Below, piece by piece: positions 43,830 through 55,825 of a stretch of 64,000 nt of DNA. The notes beneath the pieces were generated by a model. The model ran no database searches and had not been told where the DNA came from. It worked only from the letters and a program-made list of their open reading frames with translations. How positions within the stretch are numbered: the stretch's first letter is position 1; every line of letters starts with the position of its first letter. Made by a program: the position numbers and the translations under genes. This DNA comes from Eledone cirrhosa (Eukaryota), in the NCBI GenBank assembly GCA_964016885.1, contig OZ024755.1:34720001-34784000 (forward strand), written 5' to 3'.

Positions 43830-44400
43830 ATGCCTCCAAATAAGAAAATACAACATAACACTTTTTATTATTATAGAATTGGCAGCATCGGTAGAGTGTC
43901 AGACACCATGCTTTACAGCCCTTGCCATTCTGAGTTCAAATCCCGCTGAGGTTAACTTTGCCGTTCATCCTTACGGGGTCGATGAAGTACCAGTAATGCT
44001 CTGGATTATTGCCTTGTGCCAAAGTAGAAACAATTATTATATGAAAGATTTAATGGAAGAGATGAAACTTAATGGCCATAATTTCCCTAATGGTTTAACA
44101 GATGTGACTATTGCTGGCCCCAAATGGAAGCTGCTGACGGCCAACGAAAATTACCCTTATAAGAAAATGTATCGTGAAGTTAAAGAAAATTCACGTAAAA
44201 AGAATAACAACACCAACAATAAGAAAAAGGATTCGCGTATGGATTGTACGGGGCAGTTGATTTCTAACCATTGTGAATCCCTCAACGAAATTGCTAAACA
44301 ATATGCTGAACAAGAACAAGATATTACCTCAAAATGGCCGCATAATACTGATATATTATATGAAAAGTTTTACTTACTGAATTTCTAGATACTGTGTTTT
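43830..44400 (+). pseudogene. mael: Intronless maelstrom-like fragment (HMG box and start of MAEL domain) interrupted by a SINE
   Basis: Removing the SINE gives MPPNKKIQHNTFYYYMKDLMEEMKLNGHNFPNGLTDVTIAGPKWKLLTANENYPYKKM..RMDCTGQLIS..WP..EKFYLLNF*ILC; recognised from memory of Maelstrom N-termini. Confidence 0.7.
43876..44034 (+). mobile_element. SINE family A inserted in mael fragment, TSD ATTATTATA
   Basis: TSD at 43867-43875 and 44033-44041. Confidence 0.85.
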
Positions 44401-44519
44401 CTATGTAGACGCAAATACGCTTATGTGAGAAAGTATCCGTCTACGTACTTTTTAGTATATGCGTGTAGTTGAGTGTGTGTATGTTTACGTTCTGGATATT
44501 TATATTTTTATATATATAT

Positions 44520-44856
44520 GGAGGTACATGGCTTAGTGGTTAGAGCATTGGCCTTGCAATCGAAAGGTTGTGAGTTCAATTCTCAGACCGGGTAATGTGT
44601 TGTTTCCTTGAGCAAGATACTTTATTTCACATTGCTCCAGTTTACTCAGCTGTAGAAATGAGATGATATGGGCTGGGGTCCCTATCATTCCACTGCAACG
44701 TGGTCGTGGAGGTGCCACGGCAAAAAAGCACCCAGCACTCACTGTAAATGAGGTTGGTGTTAGGAAGGGCATCCAGCTGTAGAAATCAAGCCAGAATCAG
44801 TTCCCGTCCCACCCTTGCAAGCAGGGAAAAAGCGAACGTAAAATGAAATGATGATG
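44520..44856 (+). mobile_element. Full-length SINE family B
   Basis: tRNA head through RTE-like tail and (GAT)n. Confidence 0.88.
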
Positions 44857-44979
44857 ATATATATATATATATATTTTTTTTCCCCTTTTTCCTTTTCACC
44901 CGTTTTTTTCAGCCTCACTTTCATATTTCCTAAATTTTGTTTTCAAATCCATATTTAATAAATACACCATGTTTTTTTA

Positions 44980-45040
44980 TTCATTCTGACGACTGAAGAC
45001 AGACACAACATTTGTCTTCAAGAAACCACTGGTAAATGAA
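44980..45040 (+). ncRNA. Type I HHR
   Basis: ttcatt-CTGACGA-ctgaagacaga..tttgtcttcaa-GAAA-ccactgg-TA-aatgaa; GUA site. Confidence 0.88.
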
Positions 45041-46244
45041 ATAATTACTTTATGTTGTTTATTACATAACTAATAAACTCTGTAGTTCTGTAGTCTACAT
45101 AGAGCACTCTTTTTCCCTGTACCTTTCTGACGGAAATACTTCACATATATATATATATATATCATTATCATCACCGTTTTATGTCCATGTTTCCATGCTA
45201 GCATGGGTTAGACAGGTTGTCCTGTTGTGGACAATGCCAGTTCAGGTGACCTTGTCTTGCTTGTACAGGAATTGATTTTGGCTTGATTTGGTAAGGATGT
45301 TGGACTTATGATCATAATGTCGTGGGTTTGATTCCAGGGCTGGGTTGTGTGTTGTGTTCTTGAGCAAAACACTTCATTTCACATTGCTCCAGTATACTCA
45401 GTGGAGGTGTGTGGCCTAGTGGTAAGGGTGTTGGACTTATGATCATAATGTCGTGGGTTTGATTCCTGGGCTGAGTTGTGTGTTGTGTTCTTGAGCAAAA
45501 CACTTCATTTCACATTGCTCCAGTTTACTCAGCTGTAAATGAGTACCAGCAATAGCTGGGAGTTTAACCCTGCGATGGACTGGCATCCTGTCCAGGGGCG
45601 AGTCTTGTGCTCTCAGTTGCCTCCCGCCATGAAGCCGAGATAGGCACCAGCCTAATGAGCCTTCTAGCTTAAGACAAACTTTAGATCTTTAGATATTAGA
45701 AATATGGAACAGAAATGGTTAAAGCTCATCATAGAATATTTTGTCAGAAAAATAAAAGAAACATGACAAGATAGTCAGAAATAAAACACCTTTGATTATA
45801 AGTTTGCACAATCAATGTTGACCTAGGTCTAACTGATAGTAGTAACCTATAACAACTCAGCTGGTAGCTCGAAACATATCCATTTGGCCACTATAACACC
45901 TCCTTATGTACTTCTGTCAGAGAAGACATTTATAAGCTTATTATAAACATGACATACCTTCGTCTACATAGATATATCTATAACATGGAAATATATAGCT
46001 ATTCTGATCTTATGTTGAAGGTTAAATAGAAATGGCACAGCATTCATCTCAATTTTCATCAGTACTAGCTTTAATATGGCATATTCTAGAATTTTCCATT
46101 ATACCAACTATTTGTTTTAGCATTTGTTTCTATTGCTATCTTATTTTCACCAACCTCTCTATTTTTCTCTATTGTAACTTATCTCTTATCTATCTATTTA
46201 TCTGTTTAGCTATCTGCATGTCTATCTACATACATATTTTCATC

Positions 46245-46532
46245 AAACATAGACGAGTTGAGAGGGAAACTGGGTATAAGAGGGATAAGTTGTGGTGTGC
46301 AGTAGAGAAGGCTGAGATGGTATGGACATGTGATGTGCATGGAGGATGACCGCTGGGGGAAGAAGTGCCAAGAAATCCCAGTAGAAGGAAGATGCAGTAG
46401 TGGTAGACCATGAAAAACATGGGCGGAGGTGGTGAGAGCAGACCTCAGATCGCTGATACTCACCGAGGAGATAACGAAGGACCGTCATAAGTGGAGAGAT
46501 GCTGTGCAAGGAAAGCAGATGTATGATGATGA

Positions 46533-46535
<3 letters not shown>
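46245..46535 (+). mobile_element. RTE LINE 3' fragment
   Basis: Similar to 61520-61780. Confidence 0.82.
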
Positions 46536-46574
<39 letters not shown>

Positions 46575-46579
<5 letters not shown>

Positions 46580-46946
46580 TTGCAAGGTTTTTGATATGAA
46601 ATCGTGTGTCGAAACAAATATTTGAGGAGGGTCATATTGTTATAATATTACCAGAAATAATAATAGAACACACTCAGTGTTTAGTTGGGATTGGTTTTTG
46701 CTTCTGTATCTTTTATATGTCCATAGTTAATTTATCTGACAATCAATGTTTATCATTGATTGACCAACAGTTAAAAATACAGATATAAATATATGTATAT
46801 AGTCTATCAAAGTTCTTTCATCACACATCTGTGACATCATCAGTGGTACTATTATATTTCCTCCCGTTGTATTGTAATGCCTACACCATTTTTATTTTAG
46901 AGACAAAAATGAATAAATAAAATAAAAATGGCGTAGGCATTATAAT

Positions 46947-46950
<4 letters not shown>
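46575..46950 (-). mobile_element. PLE pLTR copy with HHR 46801-46852 and short inverted repeat (46867-46898 / 46919-46950)
   Basis: Closely similar to 1546-1890. Confidence 0.78.
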
Positions 46951-46994
<44 letters not shown>

Positions 46995-47109
46995 GTTGAA
47001 AGAGATAGAAGGGCAAACAATGCAAAATGGACTCTAAGATGAGGTAACGAAAAGTAAAAGTTACCTGGTAATCTTTGTTTTGCTGTTGTTGTTGTAGTTC
47101 TTTTATCTG

Positions 47110-47146
47110 TCCAATATTTTGGGACCTAAAAGTCCCTTCATCAGGA
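47110..47146 (-). ncRNA. Degenerate minimal HHR (GAAA>AAAA)
   Basis: CTGATGA-agggacttttaggtccc-AAAA-ta-TT-gg; stem I weak. Confidence 0.5.
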
Positions 47147-47464
47147 TTTAAGGAACATTCAGTGGATAATGTCGCAAAAAGAGTACTTTTTGGGACGCGT
47201 CTCAGTTTCAAGCCATCCCTGACCTTTTTCTCATACATAGGTGGCACAAACATGACTTTTTATCCCTACCAAGGACTTAGATTCCTTTCTGCATATGCTG
47301 CATTGAAAGAAATAAGGAAAGGCTCAGAGGACTAGAGTTTACCCCAGTTGCCTGAGACATTAAGGATCTGAGAGTACAAGACTTTTCCTTGGACAGGGTA
47401 CCCCTCTATCAATTTAACCAAAATATAATTCACATAGAAAACTAAATCATTGTTTCATAGCAAG

Positions 47465-47715
47465 TTTATAATTATGTTAGATAGTCAAATTATAATTCAA
47501 ATATACAACCAAATTATAATTCAAATATACAACCAAATTATAATTCAAATATACAACCAAATTATAATTCAAATATACAGCCAAATTCAAATTCAAATAT
47601 ATAGCTAAATTATAATTCAAATATACAGTCAAATTATAATTCAAATATATTGCCAAATTATAATTCAAATATATTGCCAAATTATAATTCAAATATACAG
47701 CCAAATTATAATTCA
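47465..47715. repeat. 24-bp minisatellite (~10 units)
   Basis: ccaaattataattcaaatatacaa repeats. Confidence 0.9.
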
Positions 47716-48148
47716 ACTAGATGAGCAAATTATATATGATTCTGTTATCAATTTTGAAATGGTAGCATTATTATCAGCCAATGAAAAGATAAACGTAATG
47801 AATGTATATGTGTGGATGTGTGTGCATGTGTCTGTGGATGTGTGTGTATGTGTGTGTGTGTGTGTGAAAGAGAGAGAGATGTATGAATGTAGAAGGGATA
47901 GATAAACGAAAGTCCATGAGATTGGAATTGATAAAGAGGGGAGAAACGATAAGACAGAGAGATGTATCTATATATATGTCTGTCTCTCTCTCTCCCTCTT
48001 TACATACATACATCATATAAATATACATATATATATGTTTACAGCCACATATTCACATAAATAAATTATATATATATAAACACACACACATATATATATA
48101 TATGCAAGCGTGGAAGATGGACGTTAAACGATGATGATGATGATACAG

Positions 48149-48181
<33 letters not shown>

Positions 48182-48271
48182 CACACACACATATATATAC
48201 ACACACACATATATATATATACACACACACACATATATATATATACACACACACATATATATATATGTGTA

Positions 48272-48790
48272 TATTATAAAATAACAGGAGGCTGGACTGG
48301 TTTAATTCCTTAAAAGGTTTATTATACTATGATCATTTCAGTGACCGGGTTCAGTATGAATCCGGTGACATCATCAGGTATTCGAAATATAACAAAAGAA
48401 TATAATAGACAAAATCCATGGGGCTGAAAATCAGAGACATGAGGGCGGTAGAACGTTTAGCAGCTTCTACCCCGGTCGGTCAGCCGCCCTCATGTCTCTG
48501 ATTTTCATCCCCATGGATTTTGTCTATTATATTCCTTTGTTATATTTCGAATACCTGATGATGTCACCGGATTCATACTGAACCCGGTCACTGAAATGAT
48601 CATAGTATAATAAACCTTTTAAGGAATTACACCAGTCCAGCCACCTGTTATTTTATAATAATTAACTCCATACTCGCACAACGAAGACGGGTGAGTTGCA
48701 TTACGTCGAGTGCTCTCCATAATATTACAACGAGGTTGACCATATGGAATAACCAGTTCTATCCAGTGGTGAACCAACAAACCTAAATAA
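48272..48790. mobile_element. PLE end: 177-bp inverted arms (48272-48448 / 48484-48660) plus tail
   Basis: Near-perfect inverted repeat in (TA)n; HHR in each arm. Confidence 0.82.
48551..48608 (+). ncRNA. Type I HHR (mirror 48324-48381, minus)
   Basis: atac-CTGATGA-tgtcaccggattcatactgaacccggtcact-GAAA-tgatca-TA-gtat. Confidence 0.85.
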
Positions 48791-48801
48791 ATATATATAT
48801 A

Positions 48802-48857
<56 letters not shown>

Positions 48858-48900
48858 TATATATAAATATATATATATATAAATATATATATATATAAAT

Positions 48901-48937
<37 letters not shown>

Positions 48938-49084
48938 AATATTTAAAGGTTAAACAAGGTTCAATGAATAAATCAAAGAATGAGTTTTACAATAGAATGG
49001 AAGCACTCAACAGTTATGGTTTTCTGGAGTTATTAATATTAATTCAAAATATTAACAAAAATAGAACTTCTTGTGATAAAGTAT

Positions 49085-49149
49085 ATTTTATTATACATAT
49101 TTCAGAGGTACTGAGCTAACTTCAACAGTACGTCCTCATCAGATGAAAT
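49085..49149 (-). ncRNA. Type I HHR in PLE end 48945-49208
   Basis: atttcat-CTGATGA-ggacgtactg..cagtacctct-GAAA-tatgta-TA-ataaaat. Confidence 0.75.
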
Positions 49150-49206
49150 AAGATGATGCACGACATACCCTGATATAGTAGATGGTTAAGATCCAGTCAT
49201 GGTAGC

Positions 49207-49263
<57 letters not shown>

Positions 49264-49280
49264 AATATATATATAAATAT

Positions 49281-49391
<111 letters not shown>

Positions 49392-49422
49392 AATATATAT
49401 ATATATAAATATATATATATAA

Positions 49423-49463
<41 letters not shown>

Positions 49464-49468
49464 TATAT

Positions 49469-49553
<85 letters not shown>

Positions 49554-49572
49554 AATATATATATATATAAAT

Positions 49573-49629
<57 letters not shown>

Positions 49630-49667
49630 AATATATATATAAATAGCTCAGTATATATATTTATATA

Positions 49668-49725
<58 letters not shown>

Positions 49726-49755
49726 TATATATTTATATATATTTATATATATATA

Positions 49756-49786
<31 letters not shown>

Positions 49787-50098
49787 GGAAAGTTATATTT
49801 AAATTGTTGGGTTAACAACGAGTAAATATTTATAACTGATATAAAAGCACTCAACAAGTATTTGGAGTATATTTATGATATATATATTGTTATACTTGGG
49901 GAGGGTCATATTTGCGTAATATTGCCAGAATTAATAACAGAACACACTCACTGTTTGGTTGGTTTTCGCTTCTCGCTGTCTTTTATGTCTGCGATCTAAC
50001 TTACTCGGTCCTCAATGTTGCCATTGACTGACCGACGGTCAAAAATAATACAGATGCAATGTAGACACAAACACATATATATAGTTTACATAATTTAC

Positions 50099-50129
<31 letters not shown>

Positions 50130-50147
50130 TACATATATATATATATT

Positions 50148-50228
<81 letters not shown>

Positions 50229-50231
<3 letters not shown>

Positions 50232-50775
50232 GATAAATCTACCAAGAGTTTACGGTAGTGTCCAATCCGTATGAAGAACTCAATGTATTCCGGATATCAT
50301 GGAAAGAAGAGATGCAATGAAAAATCACTTTCGGTGAAAGATAAACGGAATACAGAGTCAAGATAAAATATTAAAAAAATAATGAATAAACAATGAAACA
50401 GTTCCTTATATTAAACAAAAAAAGTTCATTATTTAACGATCGTTTCTAGGATATATATGTGTTAGAATTGGCATGCATATTCAACAGCTCTATGTACAAA
50501 ATTATACAAAATTATACAAACTATCAAGATTAAATATACATACCAAACACACATATATATGCCGTCTTCAGAAGACGGCATATATGTGTGTTTGGTATGT
50601 ATATTTAATCTTGATAGTTTGTATAATTTTGTATAATTTTGTACATAGATCTGTTGAATATGCATGCCAATTCTAACACATATATATCCTAGAAACGATC
50701 GTTAAATAATGAACTTTTTTTGTTTAATATAAGGAACTGTTTCATTGTTTATTCATTATTTTTTTAATATTTTAT
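50229..50775. mobile_element. PLE end: ~205-bp hairpin with 1-nt loop (centre 50570) plus tail
   Basis: gccgtcttc-a-gaagacggc centre; minus strand CTGAAGA...GAAA-cgatcg-TT. Confidence 0.78.
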
Positions 50776-50789
50776 ATATATATATCATC

Positions 50790-51819
50790 ATCATCATCAT
50801 CATCACCGTTTTACGTCCGTTCTTCCACGCTAGCATGGGTTAGACGGGTTGTCCTGTTGTGGGCAGTGTCTGGTCGGCTGACCATGCCTTGCTCATACAG
50901 GAACTGATCTGGCTTGATTTCTACAGCTGGATGCCCTTCCTAACACCAACCTCATTTACAGTGAGTGCTGGGTGCTTTTTCGTGGCGCCTACACGTCCAC
51001 TTTACAGTGTGGGCTGGGTGCTTTTTTGCCGTGGCACCTCCACGACCACCTTGCGGTGGGGGGGGGGGGGCATATTGTTTATATGCTTCAGCATGTACCC
51101 ATGGGAGGTCGGGTACCCTGTATTACTGCGTGACACCAGAAGTCACGGTCGTGTGTCATTGACTTTGAGAGGTGTAGTTGGGTAAGGTCGGCTTTTATCA
51201 CCTCATCCCAAGTCATCTTGGGTCTCCCCACTCCGCGGTTTCCATCAACTTCTAGTGCTCTGCACCTTTTTATGCAGCTGTCATCCTTCATACGCATCAC
51301 ATGTCCATACCAGCGTAACCGCCTCTCCTGCACGCAGCATTTGATTCCTCTTATGCTCAGTCTCTCTCTCAATTCATTTATGCTTTGTCGTTCACGTATA
51401 TTACTGTTACACATCCATCGGAGCATGCAGGCTTCGTTTCTCTCTAATCTACGTAAGTCTTCCACCTTCAGCGCCCAGGTCTCACTACCATGCAACATCG
51501 CTGTTCGGATACACGCATCATACAGTCTGCCTTTCATTCTGAGGGAGAAGCCTTTTGCAGCTAGCAGTGGTAGTAGTTCCCTAAACTTCTTCCATCCCGT
51601 TCTTACCCTAGTTATTGTACTTTCTGAGCACCCACCTCCGTTGCTAATTCGGTCACCTAGGTAGCAGAAGCTGTCTACTGTTTCTACAGGGCCCTCCCAG
51701 AGATTGGTGGTACTTGTTTCCTGTGGCTGTTTGCTTGCTGTTTCAGCACAGCTGCTGCATGTGAATCCTACATTCTTAATTAAGCTTCCTGAGATCCCGC
51801 TACATCTCTTGTGTACCAT
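50790..51819 (-). mobile_element. RTE LINE 3' part (243-aa open segment) with 3' UTR
   Basis: [38 protein letters not shown]. Confidence 0.93.
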
Positions 51820-51907
51820 ATATTTATATATATATATATATATTTATATAAAAATGATACAGATACAATATAGACACAAACACATATATATAGTTTACAT
51901 AATTTAC

Positions 51908-52040
<133 letters not shown>

Positions 52041-52076
52041 AATATATATTTATATATATATAAATATATATATATA

Positions 52077-52237
<161 letters not shown>

Positions 52238-52297
52238 TATATATAAATATATAAATATAAATATATATATATAAATTTATATATATAAAGATGTATA

Positions 52298-52331
<34 letters not shown>

Positions 52332-52356
52332 AAAATATGTATAAATATATATATAA

Positions 52357-52407
<51 letters not shown>

Positions 52408-52664
52408 TATATAAATATATATATAAATATAAGTATGCATGTATACGTACATACATATATGTATACAGACGTACAGTAGCATGCACATATATATATATAT
52501 ATATACATATGCATACAGGTACACATACATATATGCACGTATCAGTTTAGCGGCGCTTATTATAACGTCGCTTTGTTCGTTTGTAAACAAACTGAGCAGC
52601 CTGAATTTATGCCATACGGTGTTAAGGCAACCACGTCACCTTTTTGTTCAACACTGACACAGGA

Positions 52665-52707
52665 ACGATGTACTAGTTTCAAGCTTGTTAGCTATCATCA
52701 GCACCGT
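52665..52707 (-). ncRNA. Type I HHR (inverted retrozyme copy)
   Basis: Reverse complement of acggtg-CTGATGA-tagctaacaagctt-GAAA-ctag-TA-catcgt. Confidence 0.9.
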
Positions 52708-53316
52708 TTACCCATCTGCCAGATAGTTGAACGTTCGAAAGTATATACTTTCCTTATGAAAATTAACGGCTGAGCAGCCTAATTTGCATATTGAGTGAGT
52801 TAAATCGGTCAGGCATACCGAAAACGATAAATTGAAACAAAATGAAAACGAAATTTCATTTCTCACTCTTAGTATGGCACATCGTTCCTGTGTCAGTGTT
52901 GAACAAAAAGGTGACGTGGTTGCCTTAACACCGTATGGCATAAATTCAGGCTGTTCAGTTTGTTTACAAACGAACAAAGCGACGTTATAATAAGCGCCGC
53001 TAAACTGATACGTGCATATATGTATGTGTACCTGTATGCATATGTATATATATATGTATATATATATATATATATGTGCATGCTACTGTACGTCTGTATA
53101 CATATATGTATGTACGTATACATGCATACTTACATTTAAGTAAGTGCCATACTAAGAGTGAGAAATGAAATTTCGTTTTCATTTTGTTTCAATTTATCGT
53201 TTTCGGTATGCCTGACCGATTTAACTCACTCAATATGCAAATTAGGCTGCTCAGCCGTTAATTTTCATAAGGAAAGTATATACTTTAGAACGTTCAACTA
53301 TCTGGCAGATGGGTAA

Positions 53317-53359
53317 ACGGTGCTGATGATAGCTAACAAGCTTGAAACTAGTACATCGT
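53317..53359 (+). ncRNA. Type I HHR, array unit
   Basis: acggtg-CTGATGA-tagctaacaagctt-GAAA-ctag-TA-catcgt; 6-bp stem I, GUA site. Confidence 0.92.
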
Positions 53360-53790
53360 TCCTGTGTCAGTGTTGAACAAAAAGGTGACGTGGTTGCCTT
53401 AACACCGTATGGCATAAATTCAGGCTGTTCAGTTTGTTTACAAACGAACAAAGCGACGTTATAATAAGCGCCGCTAAACTGATACGTGCATATATGTATG
53501 TGTACCTGTATGCATATGTATATATATATGTATATATATATATATATATGTGCATGCTACTGTACGTCTGTATACATATATGTATGTACGTATACATGCA
53601 TACTTACATTTAAGTAAGTGCCATACTAAGAGTGAGAAATGAAATTTCGTTTTCATTTTGTTTCAATTTATCGTTTTCGGTATGCCTGACCGATTTAACT
53701 CACTCAATATGCAAATTAGGCTGCTCAGCCGTTAATTTTCATAAGGAAAGTATATACTTTCGAACGTTCAACTATCTGGCAGATGGGTAA

Positions 53791-53833
53791 ACGGTGCTGA
53801 TGATAGCTAACAAGCTTGAAACTAGTACATCGT
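53791..53833 (+). ncRNA. Type I HHR, array unit
   Basis: Identical to 53317-53359. Confidence 0.92.
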
Positions 53834-54258
53834 TCCTGTGTCAGTGTTGAACAAAAAGGTGACGTGGTTGCCTTAACACCGTATGGCATAAATTCAGGCT
53901 GTTCAGTTTGTTTACAAACGAACAAAGCGACGTTATAATAAGCGCCGCTAAACTGATACGTGCATATATGTATGTGTACGTGTATGCATATGTATATGTA
54001 TATATATATATATATATGTGCATGCTACTGTACGTCTGTATACATATATGTATGTACGTATACATGCATACTTACATTTAAGTAAGTGCCATACTAAGAG
54101 TGAGAAATGAAATTTCGTTTTCATTTTGTTTCAATTTATCGTTTTCGGTATGCCTGACCGATTTAACTCACTCAATATGCAAATTAGGCTGCTCAGCCGT
54201 TAATTTTCATAAGGAAAGTATATACTTTCGAACGTTCAACTATCTGGCAGATGGGTAA

Positions 54259-54301
54259 ACGGTGCTGATGATAGCTAACAAGCTTGAAACTAGTACATCG
54301 T
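54259..54301 (+). ncRNA. Type I HHR, array unit
   Basis: Identical to 53317-53359. Confidence 0.92.
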
Positions 54302-54732
54302 TCCTGTGTCAGTGTTGAACAAAAAGGTGACGTGGTTGCCTTAACACCGTATGGCATAAATTCAGGCTGTTCAGTTTGTTTACAAACGAACAAAGCGACG
54401 TTATAATAAGCGCCGCTAAACTGATACGTGCATATATGTATGTGTACGTGTATGCATATGTATATATATATGTATATATATATATATATATGTGCATGCT
54501 ACTGTACGTCTGTATACATATATGTATGTACGTATACATGCATACTTACATTTAAGTAAGTGCCATACTAAGAGTGAGAAATGAAATTTCGTTTTCATTT
54601 TGTTTCAATTTATCGTTTTCGGTATGCCTGACCGATTTAACTCACTCAATATGCAAATTAGGCTGCTCAGCCGTTAATTTTCATAAGGAAAGTATATACT
54701 TTCGAACGTTCAACTATCTGGCAGATGGGTAA

Positions 54733-54775
54733 ACGGTGCTGATGATAGCTAACAAGCTTGAAACTAGTACATCGT
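54733..54775 (+). ncRNA. Type I HHR, array unit
   Basis: Identical to 53317-53359. Confidence 0.92.
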
Positions 54776-55139
54776 TCCTGTGTCAGTGTTGAACAAAAAG
54801 GTGACGTGGTTGCCTTAACACCGTATGGCATAAATTCAGGCTGTTCAGTTTGTTTACAAACGAACAAAGCGACGTTATAATAAGCGCCGCTAAACTGATA
54901 CGTGCATATATGTATGTGTACCTGTATGCATATGTATATATATATGTATATATATATATATATATATGTGCATGCTACTGTACGTCTGTATACATATATG
55001 TATGTACGTATACATGCATACTTACATTTAAGTAAGTGCCACACTAAGAGTGAGAAATGAAATTTCGTTTTCATTTTGTTTCAATTTATATATAAATATA
55101 TATAAATATATATATAAATATATATAAATATAGATATAA

Positions 55140-55171
<32 letters not shown>

Positions 55172-55235
55172 ATATAAATATATATATATTTATATATATA
55201 TATATATATAAATATATATATAAATATATATATAA

Positions 55236-55270
<35 letters not shown>

Positions 55271-55421
55271 AATATAAATATATATATATATAAATATATA
55301 TAAATATATATATATAAATATACATAAATATATATATATATAAATATATATAAATACATATATATATAAATATATATAAATATATAAATATATATATATA
55401 TAAATATATATAAATATAAAT

Positions 55422-55469
<48 letters not shown>

Positions 55470-55639
55470 ATATATACGTTATCAATGTGTGACAAGGATT
55501 GCCCCTTAAATTATAGGTACAACTCATTTTTGCACTAAGTGCATGAAAGCAATGTGAAATGAAGTGGCTTGCTCATAGATAAGATGGGTCTGGAAATGGA
55601 ACTCATTCTACACACACGTTAATCTCGAGTGAAATCAGG

Positions 55640-55825
55640 TGTCACCACAGTAAATAAGGTACTCAGTACATTAGTAAAGTGAAAACAATGAAATTTAATA
55701 TAGAAATGGTTTCTACAGGACTAGAACTGTTTCATTTGTATGAAATCATCAGGGCATTCCTGATGATTTCTTAGAAATGAAACAGTTCTAGTCCTGTAGA
55801 AACCATTTCTATATTAAAATTCATT
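55640..55825. mobile_element. Short PLE-type palindrome (55687-55825) folded just 5' of an HHR core, plus tail
   Basis: tcatcagg-gcatt-cctgatga centre; CTGATGA-tttcttagaaat-GAAA; stem I lost. Confidence 0.65.

Larger units (their letters stand above)
52430..55088. mobile_element. Retrozyme-like array: one inverted ~450-bp copy plus ~4.7 tandem 468-474-bp units, each with an HHR, in (TA)n
   Basis: Units differ by a few substitutions and TA length; no recognisable protein domain. Confidence 0.85.

Noticed and set aside
44520-44590. tRNA gene
   Set aside because: tRNA-like head of a multi-copy SINE; no complete cloverleaf
50266-50350. Plus-strand HHR-like ATGAAGA...GAAA
   Set aside because: Core and cleavage site do not fit; better explained as the minus-strand tail stem-loop
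52430-55088. CRISPR array or tandem small-protein gene (66-76 aa ORFs)
   Set aside because: No unique spacers and eukaryotic context; the ORFs have no recognisable domain, some run through TA tracts, and they recur only because the unit does
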